Shown here piece by piece: positions 26,885 to 39,500 of a stretch of DNA of 64,000 nucleotides. Positions within the stretch are counted from its first letter, which is position 1, and the number at the start of each line of letters is the position of its first letter. Origin of the DNA: Squalus acanthias (Eukaryota); contig CM059438.1 in assembly GCA_030390025.1 (NCBI GenBank), positions 59,584,001 through 59,648,000 of the forward strand. The letters run 5' to 3'. A program made the position numbers and the translations under genes. The notes under the pieces are model-generated. The model saw only the letters and a list, made by a program, of their open reading frames with translations. It had not been told where the DNA came from and did not search any database.

Positions 26885-27528
26885 GGATCAATGATAGTCA
26901 GTGTATATTCCAGTATCAGATCAATGACAGTCAGTGTATATTCCAGTATCAGATCAATAACAGTCAGTGTATATTCCAGTATCAGATCAATGATAGTCAG
27001 TGTATATTCCAGTATCAGATCAATGACAGTCAGTGTATATTCCAGTATCAGATCAATAACAGTCAGTGTATATTGCAGTATCAGATCAATGACAGTCAGT
27101 GTATATTCCAGTATCAGATCAATAACAGTCAGTGTATATTCCAGTATCAGATCAATAACAGTCAGTGTATATTCCAGTATCAGATCAATAACAGTCAGTG
27201 TATATTCCAGTATCCGATCAATGACAGTCAGTGTATATTCCAGTATCAGATCAATGACAGTCAGTGTATATTCCAGTATCAGATCAATAACAGTCAGTGT
27301 ATATTCCAGTATCAGATCAATGACAGTCAGTGTATATTCCAGTATCAGATCAATAGCAGTCAATGTATATTCCAGAATCAGATCAATGACGGGGTCAGTG
27401 TATATTCCAGTATCAGATCAATGACAGTCAGTGTATATTCCAGTATCAGATCAATGACGGTCAGTGTATATTCCAGTATCAGATCAATGACAGTCAGTGT
27501 ATATTCCAGTATCAGATCAATAGCAGTC
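26885..27528. repeat. 33-bp minisatellite (CAGTCAGTGTATATTCCAGTATCAGATCAATGA), ~19 copies
   Basis: Direct tandem repetition. Confidence 0.98.
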
Positions 27529-27544
27529 AGAATTGGCTGGACAA

Positions 27545-27878
27545 TGTAAAGCACTCTTGGGTCTTGCCCTCATCTACCAAAACTGCTCTATATTCCAGGA
27601 TCAGCCTGGAATGCAAAGATAACGCCCAGCTTCTTTTCTCTACTGCAAACTGTCTTCCTGAACCCCTCTCCACTGTCTCCTCCACCCTCACCTCCAACAC
27701 CATGTGCGAGGAGCTCATGGACTTCTTTGTCACTAAGATTGCGACCACCCAATGCAATGCCTCTGCCACTTCCCTCCCTTCCCCTAGTCCACTGGGCCAA
27801 GCTTCCCCTGAGGTTCTCCCCTGCCCTAGCCCTGAACTGGCATCTTTCTCTAGTTTCTTTCCTATCTCCCCTCATGCA
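27545..27878 (+). mobile_element. L2-clade LINE fragment
   Basis: KTALYSRISLECKDNAQLLFSTANCL...CEELMDFFVTKI resembles the L2 EN-RT linker. Confidence 0.6.
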
Positions 27879-30800
27879 TGTAACAAGAGTAATACAGTAA
27901 TCACGGGGGACTTTAATCTATATATAGACTGGGCAAAGCGAATTTGCAGTAAGAGTGTGGAAGACGAATTCATGGAATGTATGCAAGATAGTTTTCTAGA
28001 TCAGTATGTTGAGGACCAACTAGGGAACAGGCTATTTTAGATCTAGTATTTTGCAACAAGAAAGGGTTAATTAATAACCTTGTATTAAAGGGGCACTTAG
28101 GGAAGAGTGACCATAATATGATAGAATTTTGTATTAAGTTTGAACGTGATTTAGTTAAATCCGAAAACTATGGTCTTAAATCTAAACAAAGCAAACTACA
28201 TAGGTATGAGGGGCGAGTTGGCTGAGGTAGATTGGGAAACTACATTAAAAGGTATTACGGTAGACAAGCAATGGCTAGCATTTAAAGAATTGATAGATAA
28301 TTTACAACAAATATATATTCCTTTGAGGCACAAAAACCCCACAGGAAAAGTGGTCCAACTGTAGATAACAAGAGAAGTTAAAGATAGTATTAGATCAAAG
28401 GAAGGGTTTATAATGTTGCCAACAAGGGTTAATTAATATCCTTGTAGTAAAGGAGCCTCTGGGGAGCAGTGATCATAATATGATAGAATTTTATATTGAG
28501 TTTGAGAGTGATTTTGTTAAATCCGAAACTAGGGTCCTAAATCTGAACAAAGCAAGCTACATAGGTATGAAAGGTGAGTTGGCTCAGGTAGGTTGGGAAA
28601 CTACATTAAAAGATATGACAGTAGAAAAACAAAGGCAACCATTTAAAGAAATAATTCATAATTCGCAACGAATATACATTCCCTAAAGGAATAAAATCAC
28701 CACGGCAAAAATGGTCCAACCGAGGCTAACAAGAGAAATTAAAGATAGTATTAGATTAAAGGAAGAGGCTTATAATGTTGCCAAAATGAGTAGTAAGCCT
28801 GAGGATTGGGAGGATTTTAGAATTTAGCAAAGGAGGACCAAGAAATTGATCAAGAAAGGGAAAATAGAATATGAGAGTAAACTAGCAAGAGACATAAAAA
28901 CAGACTGTAAAAGCTTCTAAAGGTATGTAAATAGGAAAAGATTAGTGAAAGTAAATGTGGGTCCCTTACAGGCTGAGACAGGAGAAATTATGATGGGGAA
29001 TAAGGAAATGGCAGAGAAATTTAAAAAATACTGTGTCTCTCTTCATGGAAGAAGACGCAAAAAACCTCCCGGAAATAGTAGCGAACCAAGAGTCTAGCGA
29101 GAACGAGGACCTAAAAAAAACTAGTATTAGTAAAAAAATTAGTACTGGAGAAATTAATGGGACTGAAAACCGATAAATCCCCTGGACCTGATGGCCTACA
29201 TCCTAGGGTTTTAAAAGAGGTGGCTATAGAGATAGTGGATGCATTGGTTGTCATCTTCCAAAATTCCATAGATTCTAGAATGGTTCCCATGGATTGGAAG
29301 GTAGCAAATGTAACCCCACTATTTAAGAAAGGAGGGAGAGAGAAAACAGGGAAGTACAGACCAGTTAGCCTGACATCAGTAGTAGGGAAAATGCTAGAAT
29401 CTATTATTAAGGACGTGGTAACAGGGCACTTAGAAAATAATAATAGGATTGGGCAAAGTCAACATGGATTTATGAATGAGAAATTATGTTTGACGAATCT
29501 GTTAGAGTTTTTTGAGGTTGTAACGAGCAGAATAGATAAGGGGAACCAGTGGATGTGGTGCATATGGATTTTCAGAAAGCATTCGATAAGCTGCCACAAA
29601 AGAGGTTATTAAACAAAATTAGGGCTCATGGGATTGGGGGTAATCATATAATCATAGAAAGTTACAGCACGGAAGGAGGCCATTCGGCCCATTGTGTCCA
29701 CGCCGGTCGACAAAGAACTATCCAGCCTAATCCCACTTCCCAGCTCTTGGTCCGTAGCCCTGTAGGTTACAGCACTTCAAGTATACATCCAAGTACTTTT
29801 TAAATGTGATGAGGGTTTCTGCCTCTACCACCCATTCAGGCAGTGAGTTCCAGACCCCCACCACCCTCTGGGTGAAGAAATTTCCCCTCAAATCTTCTCT
29901 AAACCTCCGACCAATTACTTTAAATCTATGCCCCCTGGTTGTTGACCCCTCTGCTAAGGGAAATAGGTCCTTCCTATACACTCTATCTAGGCCCCTCATA
30001 ATTTTATACACCTCAATAAGGTCTCCTCTCAGCCTCCTCTGTTCCAAAGAAAACAAACCCAGCCTATCCAGTCTTTCCTCATAGCTAAAATTCTCCAGTC
30101 CAGGCAACATCCTCGTAAATCTCCTCTGTACCTTCTCTAGTGCAATCACATCTTTCCTATAATGTGGTGACCAGAACTGCACGCAGTATTCTAGCTGAGG
30201 CCTAACTAGTGTTTGATACAGTTTAAACATAACCTCCCTGCTCTTGTATTCTATGCCTCGGCTAATAAAGGCAAGTATTCCATATGCCTTCTTAACCACC
30301 TTATCTACCTGGCCTGCTACCTTCTGGGATCTGTGGACCTGCACTCCAAGGTCCCTTTGCTCCTCTACACTTCTCAGTGTCCTACCATTTAATGTGTATT
30401 CCCTTGCCTTGTTAGCCCTCCCCAAATGCATCACCTCAGGCTAAGTGAGGGGGCAAGAACATGGCAAATGGAATATACTAGCATGGATTGAGGATTGGTT
30501 AACAGACAGAAAACAGAGTGTAGGAATACAGGGTCATTTTCGGGTTGGCAGGCTGTAACTAGTGGGGTACCACAAGGATCAGTGCTTGGGCCTCAGCTAT
30601 TCACAATCTATATCAATGATTTGGATGAGGGGACCAAATGTAATATATCCAAGTTTGCTGATGATACAAAGCTAGGTGCGAATGTAAGTTGTGAGGAGGA
30701 TGCAAAGAGGCTTCAAGGGGATATAGACTGGCTAAGTGAGGGGGCAAGAACATGGCAAATGGAATATCATGCCGAGAAATGTGAAGTTATCCACTTTGGT

Positions 30801-31543
30801 AGGAAAAATAGAAAAGCAGAGTATTTGTTAAATGGTGAGAGATTGGGAAAGGGTGGTGTTCAGAGGGACCTGGGTGTCCTTGTACACGAATCACTGAAAG
30901 TTAACATGCAGGTACAGCAAGCAATTAGGAAAGCAAATGGTATGTTGGCCTTTATTACAAGAGGATTTGAGTATAAGTGTAAAGACGTCTTACTGCAACT
31001 TTATAGGACCCTGGTGAGACCACACCTGGAGTATCCTTACCTAAGGAAGGATATACTTGCCACAGAGGGAGTGCAACGAAGGTTCAACAGACTGATTCCT
31101 GGGATTGGGGGATTGTCCTATGAGGAGAGATTGAGTAGACTAGGGCTATATTCTCTGGAGTTTAGAAGAATGAGAGGTGATCTCATTGAAACATACAAAA
31201 TTTTTACAGGGCTTGACAGGGTAGATTCAGGGAGGATGTTTCCCCTGGCTGGGGAGTCTAGAACCAGGGGTCACAGTCTCAGAATAAGAGGTTGGCCATT
31301 TGGAACTGAGATGAGGAGAAATTTCTTCACTCAGAGGGTGGTGAATCTTTGGAATTCTCTACCCTAGAGGGCTGTGGAGGCTGTCGTTGAGTATATTCAA
31401 GACAGAGATCGCTAGATTTTTGGATATTAAGCGAATCAAGGGATATTGCAGGAGTTGCGATTGAAGATCAGCCATGATCTTAGTGAATGGCGGAGCAGGC
31501 TCGAGGGGCCGAAAGGCCTACTCCTGCTCCTATTTCTTATGTC
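27879..31543 (+). mobile_element. CR1 LINE (EN end + RT + 3' UTR), decayed, hosting an inverted CR1 insertion
   Basis: ORFs 29157-29612 and 30495-31367 (PQGSVLGP, FADDTKL, WNSLP). 3' UTR ends ~31543. Confidence 0.92.
29645..30438 (-). mobile_element. 5'-truncated CR1 inserted antisense into another CR1
   Basis: Open ORF 29727-30434 (RT C-terminus) with 3' UTR and tail at 29645-29726. Confidence 0.93.
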
Positions 31544-31921
31544 ATGGTTTTCTACTACATTGGCAGTCACATGGGATGCTCATCACATTCTCCTGCCTCC
31601 TGCAAAAGGCAGTAAATATCACACTGTCAGACCAATGTGTTTAGACTAACGCTAATATCTAGATTTATTTAAAATAAACTAGACAAAAGCAATAGACACA
31701 GAAAGCTACTCAAAATTGAATGCTTGAAATAATAAAGATAGAACGAGTCCAGAAGTACCCTATTTAGAATAACACTAATAAGCAACCTGACTCTTGAATG
31801 AAACAGTCTTTTATAGACCTTCACAATATGACACTATATGTGGATGATGTGAATCTCCAATCCACGGAGTTCAGATCTCAGATAGAACTAAAACTGAGTA
31901 ACTAAAGCTGTAACTTATTGC

Positions 31922-32461
31922 CTTGGGAAACCATTCAAATATTCATGTCTTCTCAGCCCCAGGGCATTGTGGAGTAGAGTTTTGTCTTCATCGCCTCGGT
32001 GGTAATCTGGTGGAGCAGAACACCCGCCCGTTATAGAGCCTGCCTGATTTCCATTGATGGTGAAGATGAAAATCTACCCCGAGTGCACAACGGGTTCGCA
32101 CCTCACTGGAAAAGGTGGCAATGTTGGGATATTACAGTCTTCCTACAAACATCTCACTTTAATGGTTCAACAACCAGAGTAATTGAATTGAACTCCTCCC
32201 CGGTCTGTTAATATTGTACAGTATATGTTAATCTATCAAACAGTCACTACCAGCCGACAAGCAACTTTTGACTTAGTTAGTTTCTGAAGCGAAGTGTTAA
32301 CACAAACAGAGGGAGTGTATCCAGGACTGGCCTCTCCTATTGCCATGTGCTGATGGTGCAGTAATTTACGTGTATTGGCCACTCTTGCCACAGAAACAAT
32401 GAGCTTCACCCATAGATACACTTGTTGAAGACAATTTTTAAATCACATTTGTCCTGTTTAT
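31922..32461 (-). pseudogene. Putative decayed large exon
   Basis: Acceptor ttttatattattttag at 32462. 3' part reads INIYCTILTDRGGVQFNYSGC*TIKVRCL*EDCNIPTLPPFPVRCEPVVHSG*IFIFTINGNQAG...LRRHEYLNGFP. Donor is non-canonical. Confidence 0.45.
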
Positions 32462-34699
32462 CTAAAATAATATAAAAATATAATGCAGAAACCCTCACTC
32501 CCATTTTCGTACAACACCTTTCTTCTCATTACATGGGGCCAGAAGTAAAAGTATGTTGTAGAGTCTGAGCAATATTAGCATTGGGAGTTGTAAGGAGTGT
32601 ATAAAAGATGAACATAACAGTATTGCTGAACAGAGTACATTAAATATATTATTATTTTGATTAATATGTAATGATGTATAATAAAATAGTGCAGCTATGT
32701 GCTTTCTCACAATATAACAATCATCTCTAAATGTTTGACGTCATTTATAAACATAAATTATTTACACTTAATTGACAGCGTTAATTATCATGTGATAACA
32801 TGGATGTTTCCATGCAATTAAGTTCACCATCAGTGGAAAGAGAAAGATGGTGATTCTCTGCTGACTCAGCCAGGTCAGTCTCAGTCATACAGACCAGGAA
32901 GGTTCTAAGTTTGATCTGCCATTGGTTCTGCGTTGGGGTTAGTGGTAGGGTTGACACAATTGATAGGGGGAGCGGTGCCAGGATGAAGCAGTAGAGAGGA
33001 GATACAAGGTGCGCAGAGGACTGGGAGAGAGAAGCAGCATTAGAATAAAGAGTTCAGAAATAGAGGGATCAGACAGTGGGAATGCAAGGCAGACTAAAAT
33101 GGGCTTAGAGTGCATGTGCGTAAATGCACAGAGCGTGATAAATAAAGTTGGTGAGCTGCAGCCACAAGTAGCCACAGGGGATTATGATACAGTGGCAATA
33201 ACAGAGACCTGGCTCAAACAAGGGGAGGAATGGGCACTTAATATTCCTGGCTACAATGTATTCAGGAAAGATAGGGAAGGAAAAAGAGGGGGTTGGCAGT
33301 ATTGGTCAAAGAAACTATTATAGCACTAGAAAGGGATGATGAACTTGAGGGTTCAAAGACAGAAACTATTGGTTAGAATTAAGGAACAATAGTTGAGCTA
33401 TTATGCTGCTGGGTGCATACTACAGGCCACAAAATTGTGGAAAGGAGATAGAGGAGCAACTTTGCAGGCAAACTGCAGAAAGGTGCAAGAACTTTCGAGA
33501 AGCGATAATGGGGGACTTCAATTATCCTAATATAGACTGGGATAGTAACAGTGTAAAGGGCAAAGAGGACCAAAAAGGAGATATTCTTGTGGAGGCAGAG
33601 GGCATGGCTGAGGTACTAAATGAGTGCTTTGAATCTGTCTTCACTAAAGAAGAGGATGCTGCCAATGTAGCAGTAAAGGAAGAGGTAGTGGAGAAATTGG
33701 ATAGGATAAAAATAGATAAAGAGGGGGTTCGTAAAAGGTTGGAGCGCTCAAAGTAGAAAATTCACCTGGTCCGGATGGGATGCATCCTCGGTTGCTGAGG
33801 GAAGTAAGGGTGGAAATTGCAGAGGCTCTGACCACAATCTTCCAATCCTCCTTAGATATGGGAGTGGTGCCAGAGGACTGGAGCACTGCAAATGTTACAC
33901 CCCTGTTCAAAAAAGGAGAGGGATAAATCCAGCAACTACAGGCCAGTCAACCTAATGTCGGTGTTGAGGAAACTTTTAGAGACATTAATCCAGGACAAAA
34001 TGAATTGGCTCTTGGAAAAATATGGGTTAATAAATGAAAGCCAGCATGAATTTGTTAAAGGCAAATCGTGTTTGGCTAATTTGATTGAATTCTTTGATGA
34101 CGATTGATGAGGGTAGTGCAGTTGATGTTGTGTACATGGAATTTCAAAAGCTGTTTGATAAAGTACCACATAATAGACTTGTTAGTAAAATTAAAGCCCA
34201 TGGGATTAAATGGACATTGGCTGCGTGGATACAAAATTGGTTAAGAGACAGAAAGCAGAGAGTAGTGGAGAACGGTTGTTTTTCAGATGAGAGGAAAGTG
34301 TGCAGTGGTGTCCTCCAGAGGTCGGTGTTGGGACCACTGCTCTTTTTGATATGTAATAATGATCTGGACTTGTGTATACAGGGCATAATTTCAAAGTTTG
34401 CAGATGACACGAAACTCGGAAATGTAGTAAACAGTGAGGAGGATAGTAACAGACTTCAGGAGGACAGAGACATGCTGGTGAAATGGGCAGACATATGGCA
34501 GATGAAATTTAACACAGAAAAGTGATTCATTTTGGTAGGAAGAATGAGAAGAGGCAATATAAGCTAAGTGGTACAATTTTAAAGGGGCTGCAGGAACAGA
34601 GAGATCTGGGGGTGTATGTACACAAATCTTTGAAGGTGGCAGGACAAATTGCAAAGGCTGTTAAAAAAGCATACAGGATCCTTGGCTTTATAAATAGAG

Positions 34700-34896
34700 A
34701 AGTCGCACAACACCAGGTTATAGTCCAACAGCTTTATTTGAAATCACAAGCTTTCGGAGCGCTGCTCCTTCGTCAGGTGAAGGAGCAGCCGCTCCGAAAG
34801 CTTGTGATCTCAAATAAAGCTGTTGGACTATAACCTGGTGTTGTGCGACTTCTCACTTTTGTCCACTCCAGTCCAACACCGGCATCTCCGCATCAT
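34700..34896. mobile_element. Palindromic Penelope-derived mini-element with TSD
   Basis: Arms 34697-34771 and 34779-34854 plus a ~40-nt tail. TSD TTTATAAATAGAG at 34687-34699 and 34896-34908. Confidence 0.9.
34744..34780 (-). ncRNA. Minimal hammerhead ribozyme
   Basis: Minus strand TCAC-CTGACGA-A-GGAGC-AGC-GCTCC-GAAA-G-CTT-GTGA. Confidence 0.85.
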
Positions 34897-35736
34897 TTAT
34901 AAATAGAGGCATAGAGTACAAAAGCAAGGAAGTTATGCTAAATCTTTATAAAACACTGGTTAGTCACCAACTGGAGTATTGTGTTCAATTCTGGGTATCA
35001 CACTTTAGGAAGGATGTCAAGGCCTTGGAGAGGGTGCAGAGGAGATTTATTAGAATGGTACCAGGGATAAAAGACTTCAGTTATATGGGGAGACTGGAGA
35101 AGCTGGGGTTGTTCTCCTTAGAGCAGAGACGGTTAAGGGGAGATTTGATAGAGGCGTTCAAAATCATGAAGGGTTTTGATAGAGTAAACAAGGAGAAACT
35201 GTTTCCAGTGGCAGAAAGGTCAGTAACCAGAGGACACAGATTTAAGGTCTTGGCAAAACAACCAGAGGCGACATGAGGAAACATTTTTTTACGCAGTGAG
35301 TTATGATGATCAGGAATGCGCTGCCTGAAAGGGTGGTGGAAGAAGATTCAATAGTAACTTTCAAAAGGGAATAGGATAAGCACTTGAAGTGGAAAAATGT
35401 GCAGGGCTATGGGGAAAGAGCAGGGGGGTGGGACTAATTGGAAAGCTCTTGCAGAGAGCCGGCACAGGCACGATGGGCCGAATGGCCTCCTTCTGTGCTG
35501 TATCATTCTATGATTCTATGAATTGACTGCACAAGGTCCCTCCCTGAATATTAACCTTTACACGGTGGTTTGAATCTGACCATTCAGAGAGTCACTCTAC
35601 CCTGTCTATATCTCTCCCTGATCCTGATGAACTATTCGATTTGAAGAAGTTCTGGAAAGCTATCACTGCTAAATATGTGCAAGTATGGATATGAGGTGAG
35701 AGCAACATCTGGCCCTTGGGTGATCACCACCTGTGA

Positions 35737-36395
35737 AACAACAACAGCTTTCATTTATATAGCGCCTTTACTGTAGTAAAACATCCCAAGGCGCTTTACA
35801 GGAGCGTTATCAAACAAAATTTGAGACCGAGCCACATAAAGAGATATTAGTGCAGATGACCAAAAGCTTGGTCAAAGGGGTAGGTTTTAAGGAGCATCTT
35901 AAAGGAGGAAAGAGTGGTAGAGAGGTTTAGGGAGTGAATTCCAGAGCTTACGGCCTCAGCAGCTGCAGGCACGGCCATCAATGGTTCAGCAAATAAATCG
36001 GGGATGTCCAAGAGGCCAGAATTGGAGGGGCGCAGATATCTCGCGGGGTTGTAGGGCTGGAGGAGTTTACAGAGATCGGGAGGGGTGAAGCCATGGAAGG
36101 ATCTCAAAACAAGGATGAGAATTTTAAAAATTGAGCTGTTGCTTAACCGGAAGACAATGTAGGTCGGCGAGCACAGGGGTGATGGGTGAACGGGACTTGG
36201 TGGGAGTTAGGATACAGGCAGCAGAGTTTTGGACGACCTTAAGTTTATGGAGGGTGGAAGATGGGAGGCCGGCCAGAAGTGCGTTGCAATAGTCAAGCCC
36301 AGAAGTAACAAACGCATGGATGAGGGTTTCAGCAGCAGATGAGCTGAGGCGGGGCGGAGTCTGGCGATGTTACGGAGGTGGAAATAGGCGGTCTT
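35737..36395 (-). mobile_element. L2 LINE 3' fragment
   Basis: Minus strand ends AAAGGCGCTATATAAATGAAAGCTGTTGTTGTT. ORF 35847-36107 has a degenerate L2 C-terminus (LLQPYNPARYLRPSNSGLL, SSFKMLLKTYPF). Confidence 0.8.
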
Positions 36396-36564
36396 AGAAG
36401 AATGAATTATGACAAAAGTGTCAACAACATAACATGGTTTTGGTTTCTTTCTTTACATATGTTGCTAAAAACAAGGTTCACTCACAGAAATTGGCCAAGT
36501 TTGTTAGCCCCAGAATGTAGATGTTATGTCTTCCCTGGTGTCCATGGGAGGGGGCAAGCCATTC

Positions 36565-39500
36565 ATAAGAAATAAGAGCAGGAATAGGCCATTTGGCCCC
36601 TTCGAGCCTGCTCTGCCATTCAATAAGATCATGGCTGATCTTCTACCTCTACTCCACTTTCCTGCACTATCCCCATATACCTTGATTCCCTTAATATCCA
36701 AAAATCTATCGATCTCTGTCTTGAATATACTCAACGACTGAACCTCCACAGCCCTCTAGGGTAGAGAATTCCAAAGATTCCCCACCCTCTGAGTGAAGAA
36801 ATTTCTCCTCATCTCAGTCCTAAATGGCCGAACCCTTATTCTGAGACTGTGATCCCTGGTTCTAGACTCCCCAGCCAGGGGAAACATCCTCCCTGCATCT
36901 ACCCTGTCAAGCCCTGTAAGAATTTTGTATGTTTCAATGAGATCACCTCCCATTCTCTAAACTCTAGAGAATATAGGCCTAGTCTACTCAATCTCTCCTC
37001 ATAGGACAATCCCCCAATCCCAGGAATCAGTCTGGTGAACCTTCGTTGCACTCCCTCTATGGCAAGTATATCCTTCCTTAGGTAAGAGACAAAAACTGTA
37101 CACAATACTCCAGGTGTGGTCTCACTAGGGCCCTATATAATTGCAGTAAGACGTTTTTACTCTTATACTCAAATCCTCTTGTAATAAAGGCCAACATACC
37201 ATTTGCTTTCCTAATTGCTTGCTGTACCTGCTACAGTTGTACAGGGCCTTGGTGAGACCACACCTTGAGTACTGTGTGCAGTTTTGGTCGCCTTATCTGA
37301 GGAAGGATGTTCTTGCCATGGAAGGAGTTCAGCGAAGATTCACAAGGCTGATACCTGGGATGGCAGGAATGACATATGAGGAGAGATTGGGTCGATTGGG
37401 CTTATACTCACTGGAGTATAGAAGAATGAGAGGGGATCTCATCGAAACATATAAAATTCTGACAGGTCTGGACAAACTAGATGCAGGAAGAATGTTCCCG
37501 ATGGTCGGAGAGTCCAGAACCAGGGGTCATAATCTATGGATAACAGGTAAACCATTTAGGACAGAAATGAGGAAGAATTTCTTCACCCAGAGAGTGGTGA
37601 ACCTGTGGAATTCTCTACCACAGAAGGTAGTTGAGGCGAAGTCATTAAATATATTCAAGGATGAGTTAGATATATTTCTTAAAGCTAAAGGTATCAAGGG
37701 ATATGGGGAGAAGGCAGGTACAGGGTACTGAGTTTAGATGATCAGCCATGATCTCATCGAATGGCGGAGCAGGCTCGAGGGGCCGAATGGCCTACTCCTG
37801 CTCCTATCTTCTATGTTTCTATGTTAACTTTCAGTGATTCGTGTACAAGGACACCCAGGTCCCTCTGAACATCAACATTTCCCAATCTCTCACTATTTAA
37901 CAAATACTCTGCTTTTACCAAAGTGGATAACTTCACATTTCTCCGCATTATATTCCATTTTCCATGTTCTTGCCCCCTCAGTTAGCTTGTCCATATCCCC
38001 TTGATGCCTCTTTGCATCCTCCTCACAACTTACATTCCCACCTAGCTTTGTATCATCAGCAAATTTGGATATATTGCATTTGGTCCCCTCATCCAAATCA
38101 TTGATATAGATTGTGAATAGCTGAGGCCCAAGCACTGATCCTTGCGATAGCCCACTAGCTACAGCCTGCCAACCTGAAAATGACCCGTTTATTCCTATTC
38201 TGTTTTCTGTCCATTAACCAATCCTCAATCCATGCTCGTATATTACCCCCAATCCCATGAGCCCTAATTTTGTTTAATAACCTCTTGTGTGGCACCTTAT
38301 TGAATGCCTTCTGAAAATCCAAATACACCACATCTACTGGTTCCCCCTTATCTATTCTGCAAGTTACAACCTCAAAAAACTCTAACAGATTCGTCAAACA
38401 CGATTTTCCTTTCATAAATCCGTGTTGACTCTGCCCAATCCTATTATTATTTTCTAAGTGCCCTGTTACCACATCCTTAATAATAGACTCTAGCATTTTC
38501 CCTACTACTGATGTCAGGCGAACTGGTCTGTAGTTCCCCGTTTTCACTCTCCCTCCTTTCTTAAATAGTGGGGTTACATTTGCTACCTTCCAATCCGCGG
38601 GAACCGTTCTAGAATCTATGGAATTTTTGAAAATTACAACCAATGCATCCACTAGCTCTATAGCCACCTCTTTCAAAACCCTAGGATGTAGGCCATCAGG
38701 TCCAGGGTATTTATCAGCTTTCAGTCCCATTAATTTCTCCAGTACTTTTTTTTACTAATACTAATTTCTTTCAGTTCCTCATTCTTGCTAGACCCTTGGT
38801 TCTCCACTATTTCCGGGAGGTTTTTTGCATTTTTTTCCGTGAAGACAGGCAAAAAATATTTGTTTAATTTTTCTGTCATTTCCTTATTCCCCATCATAAC
38901 TTCTCCTGTCTCTGCCTGCAAGGGACCCACATTTACTTTTGCTAATCTTTTCCTTTTTACATACCTATCGAAGCTTTTACAGTCTGTTTTTATGTCTCTT
39001 GCTAGTTTACCGTCATATTCTATTTTCCCTTTCTTGATCAATTTCTTGGTCCTCCTTTGCTGAATTCTAAAATCCTCCCAATCCTCAGGCTTACTACTCT
39101 TTATGGTCACTCCTCCCTAGAGGCCCCTTTACTACAAGGTTATTAATTAACCCTTTCTCATTGCACAATACTAGATCTAAAATAGCCTGTTCCCTAGTTG
39201 GTTCCTCAACATACTGATCAAGAAAACTATCTTGCATATATTCCATTAATTCGTCCTCCACACTACTACTGCCAATTTGGTTTGCCCAGTCTATATGTAG
39301 ATTAAAGTCCCCCATGATTACTGTATTACCCTTGTTACATGCACCTCTGATTTCCTGATTTATACTCTGCCCCACATTACAACTACTGTTTGGGGGCCTA
39401 TAAACAACTCCCAAGTTAAGTATCCTGGAATATTTAGTTCCCAACCTTGACCACATTGCAACCACGTCTCTGTAATGGCTATTAGATCAAACCTATTAAT

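Larger units (their letters stand above)
32940..35522 (+). mobile_element. CR1 LINE (EN + RT) with internal deletion, interrupted by a Penelope mini-element
   Basis: ORFs 33009-33323, 33403-33756, 34085-34525 and 34935-35276, with an ATTCTATG tandem tail. Confidence 0.92.

Noticed and set aside
26885..27528. CRISPR-like 33-bp repeats (also the 27- and 30-bp arrays)
   Set aside because: Units are head-to-tail with no unique spacers, there are no cas genes, and the context is eukaryotic.
35530..35570. V(D)J recombination signal sequence at CACAAGG
   Set aside because: The heptamer deviates from CACAGTG, there is no ACAAAAACC-like nonamer at 12 or 23 bp, and no V/J segment is adjacent.
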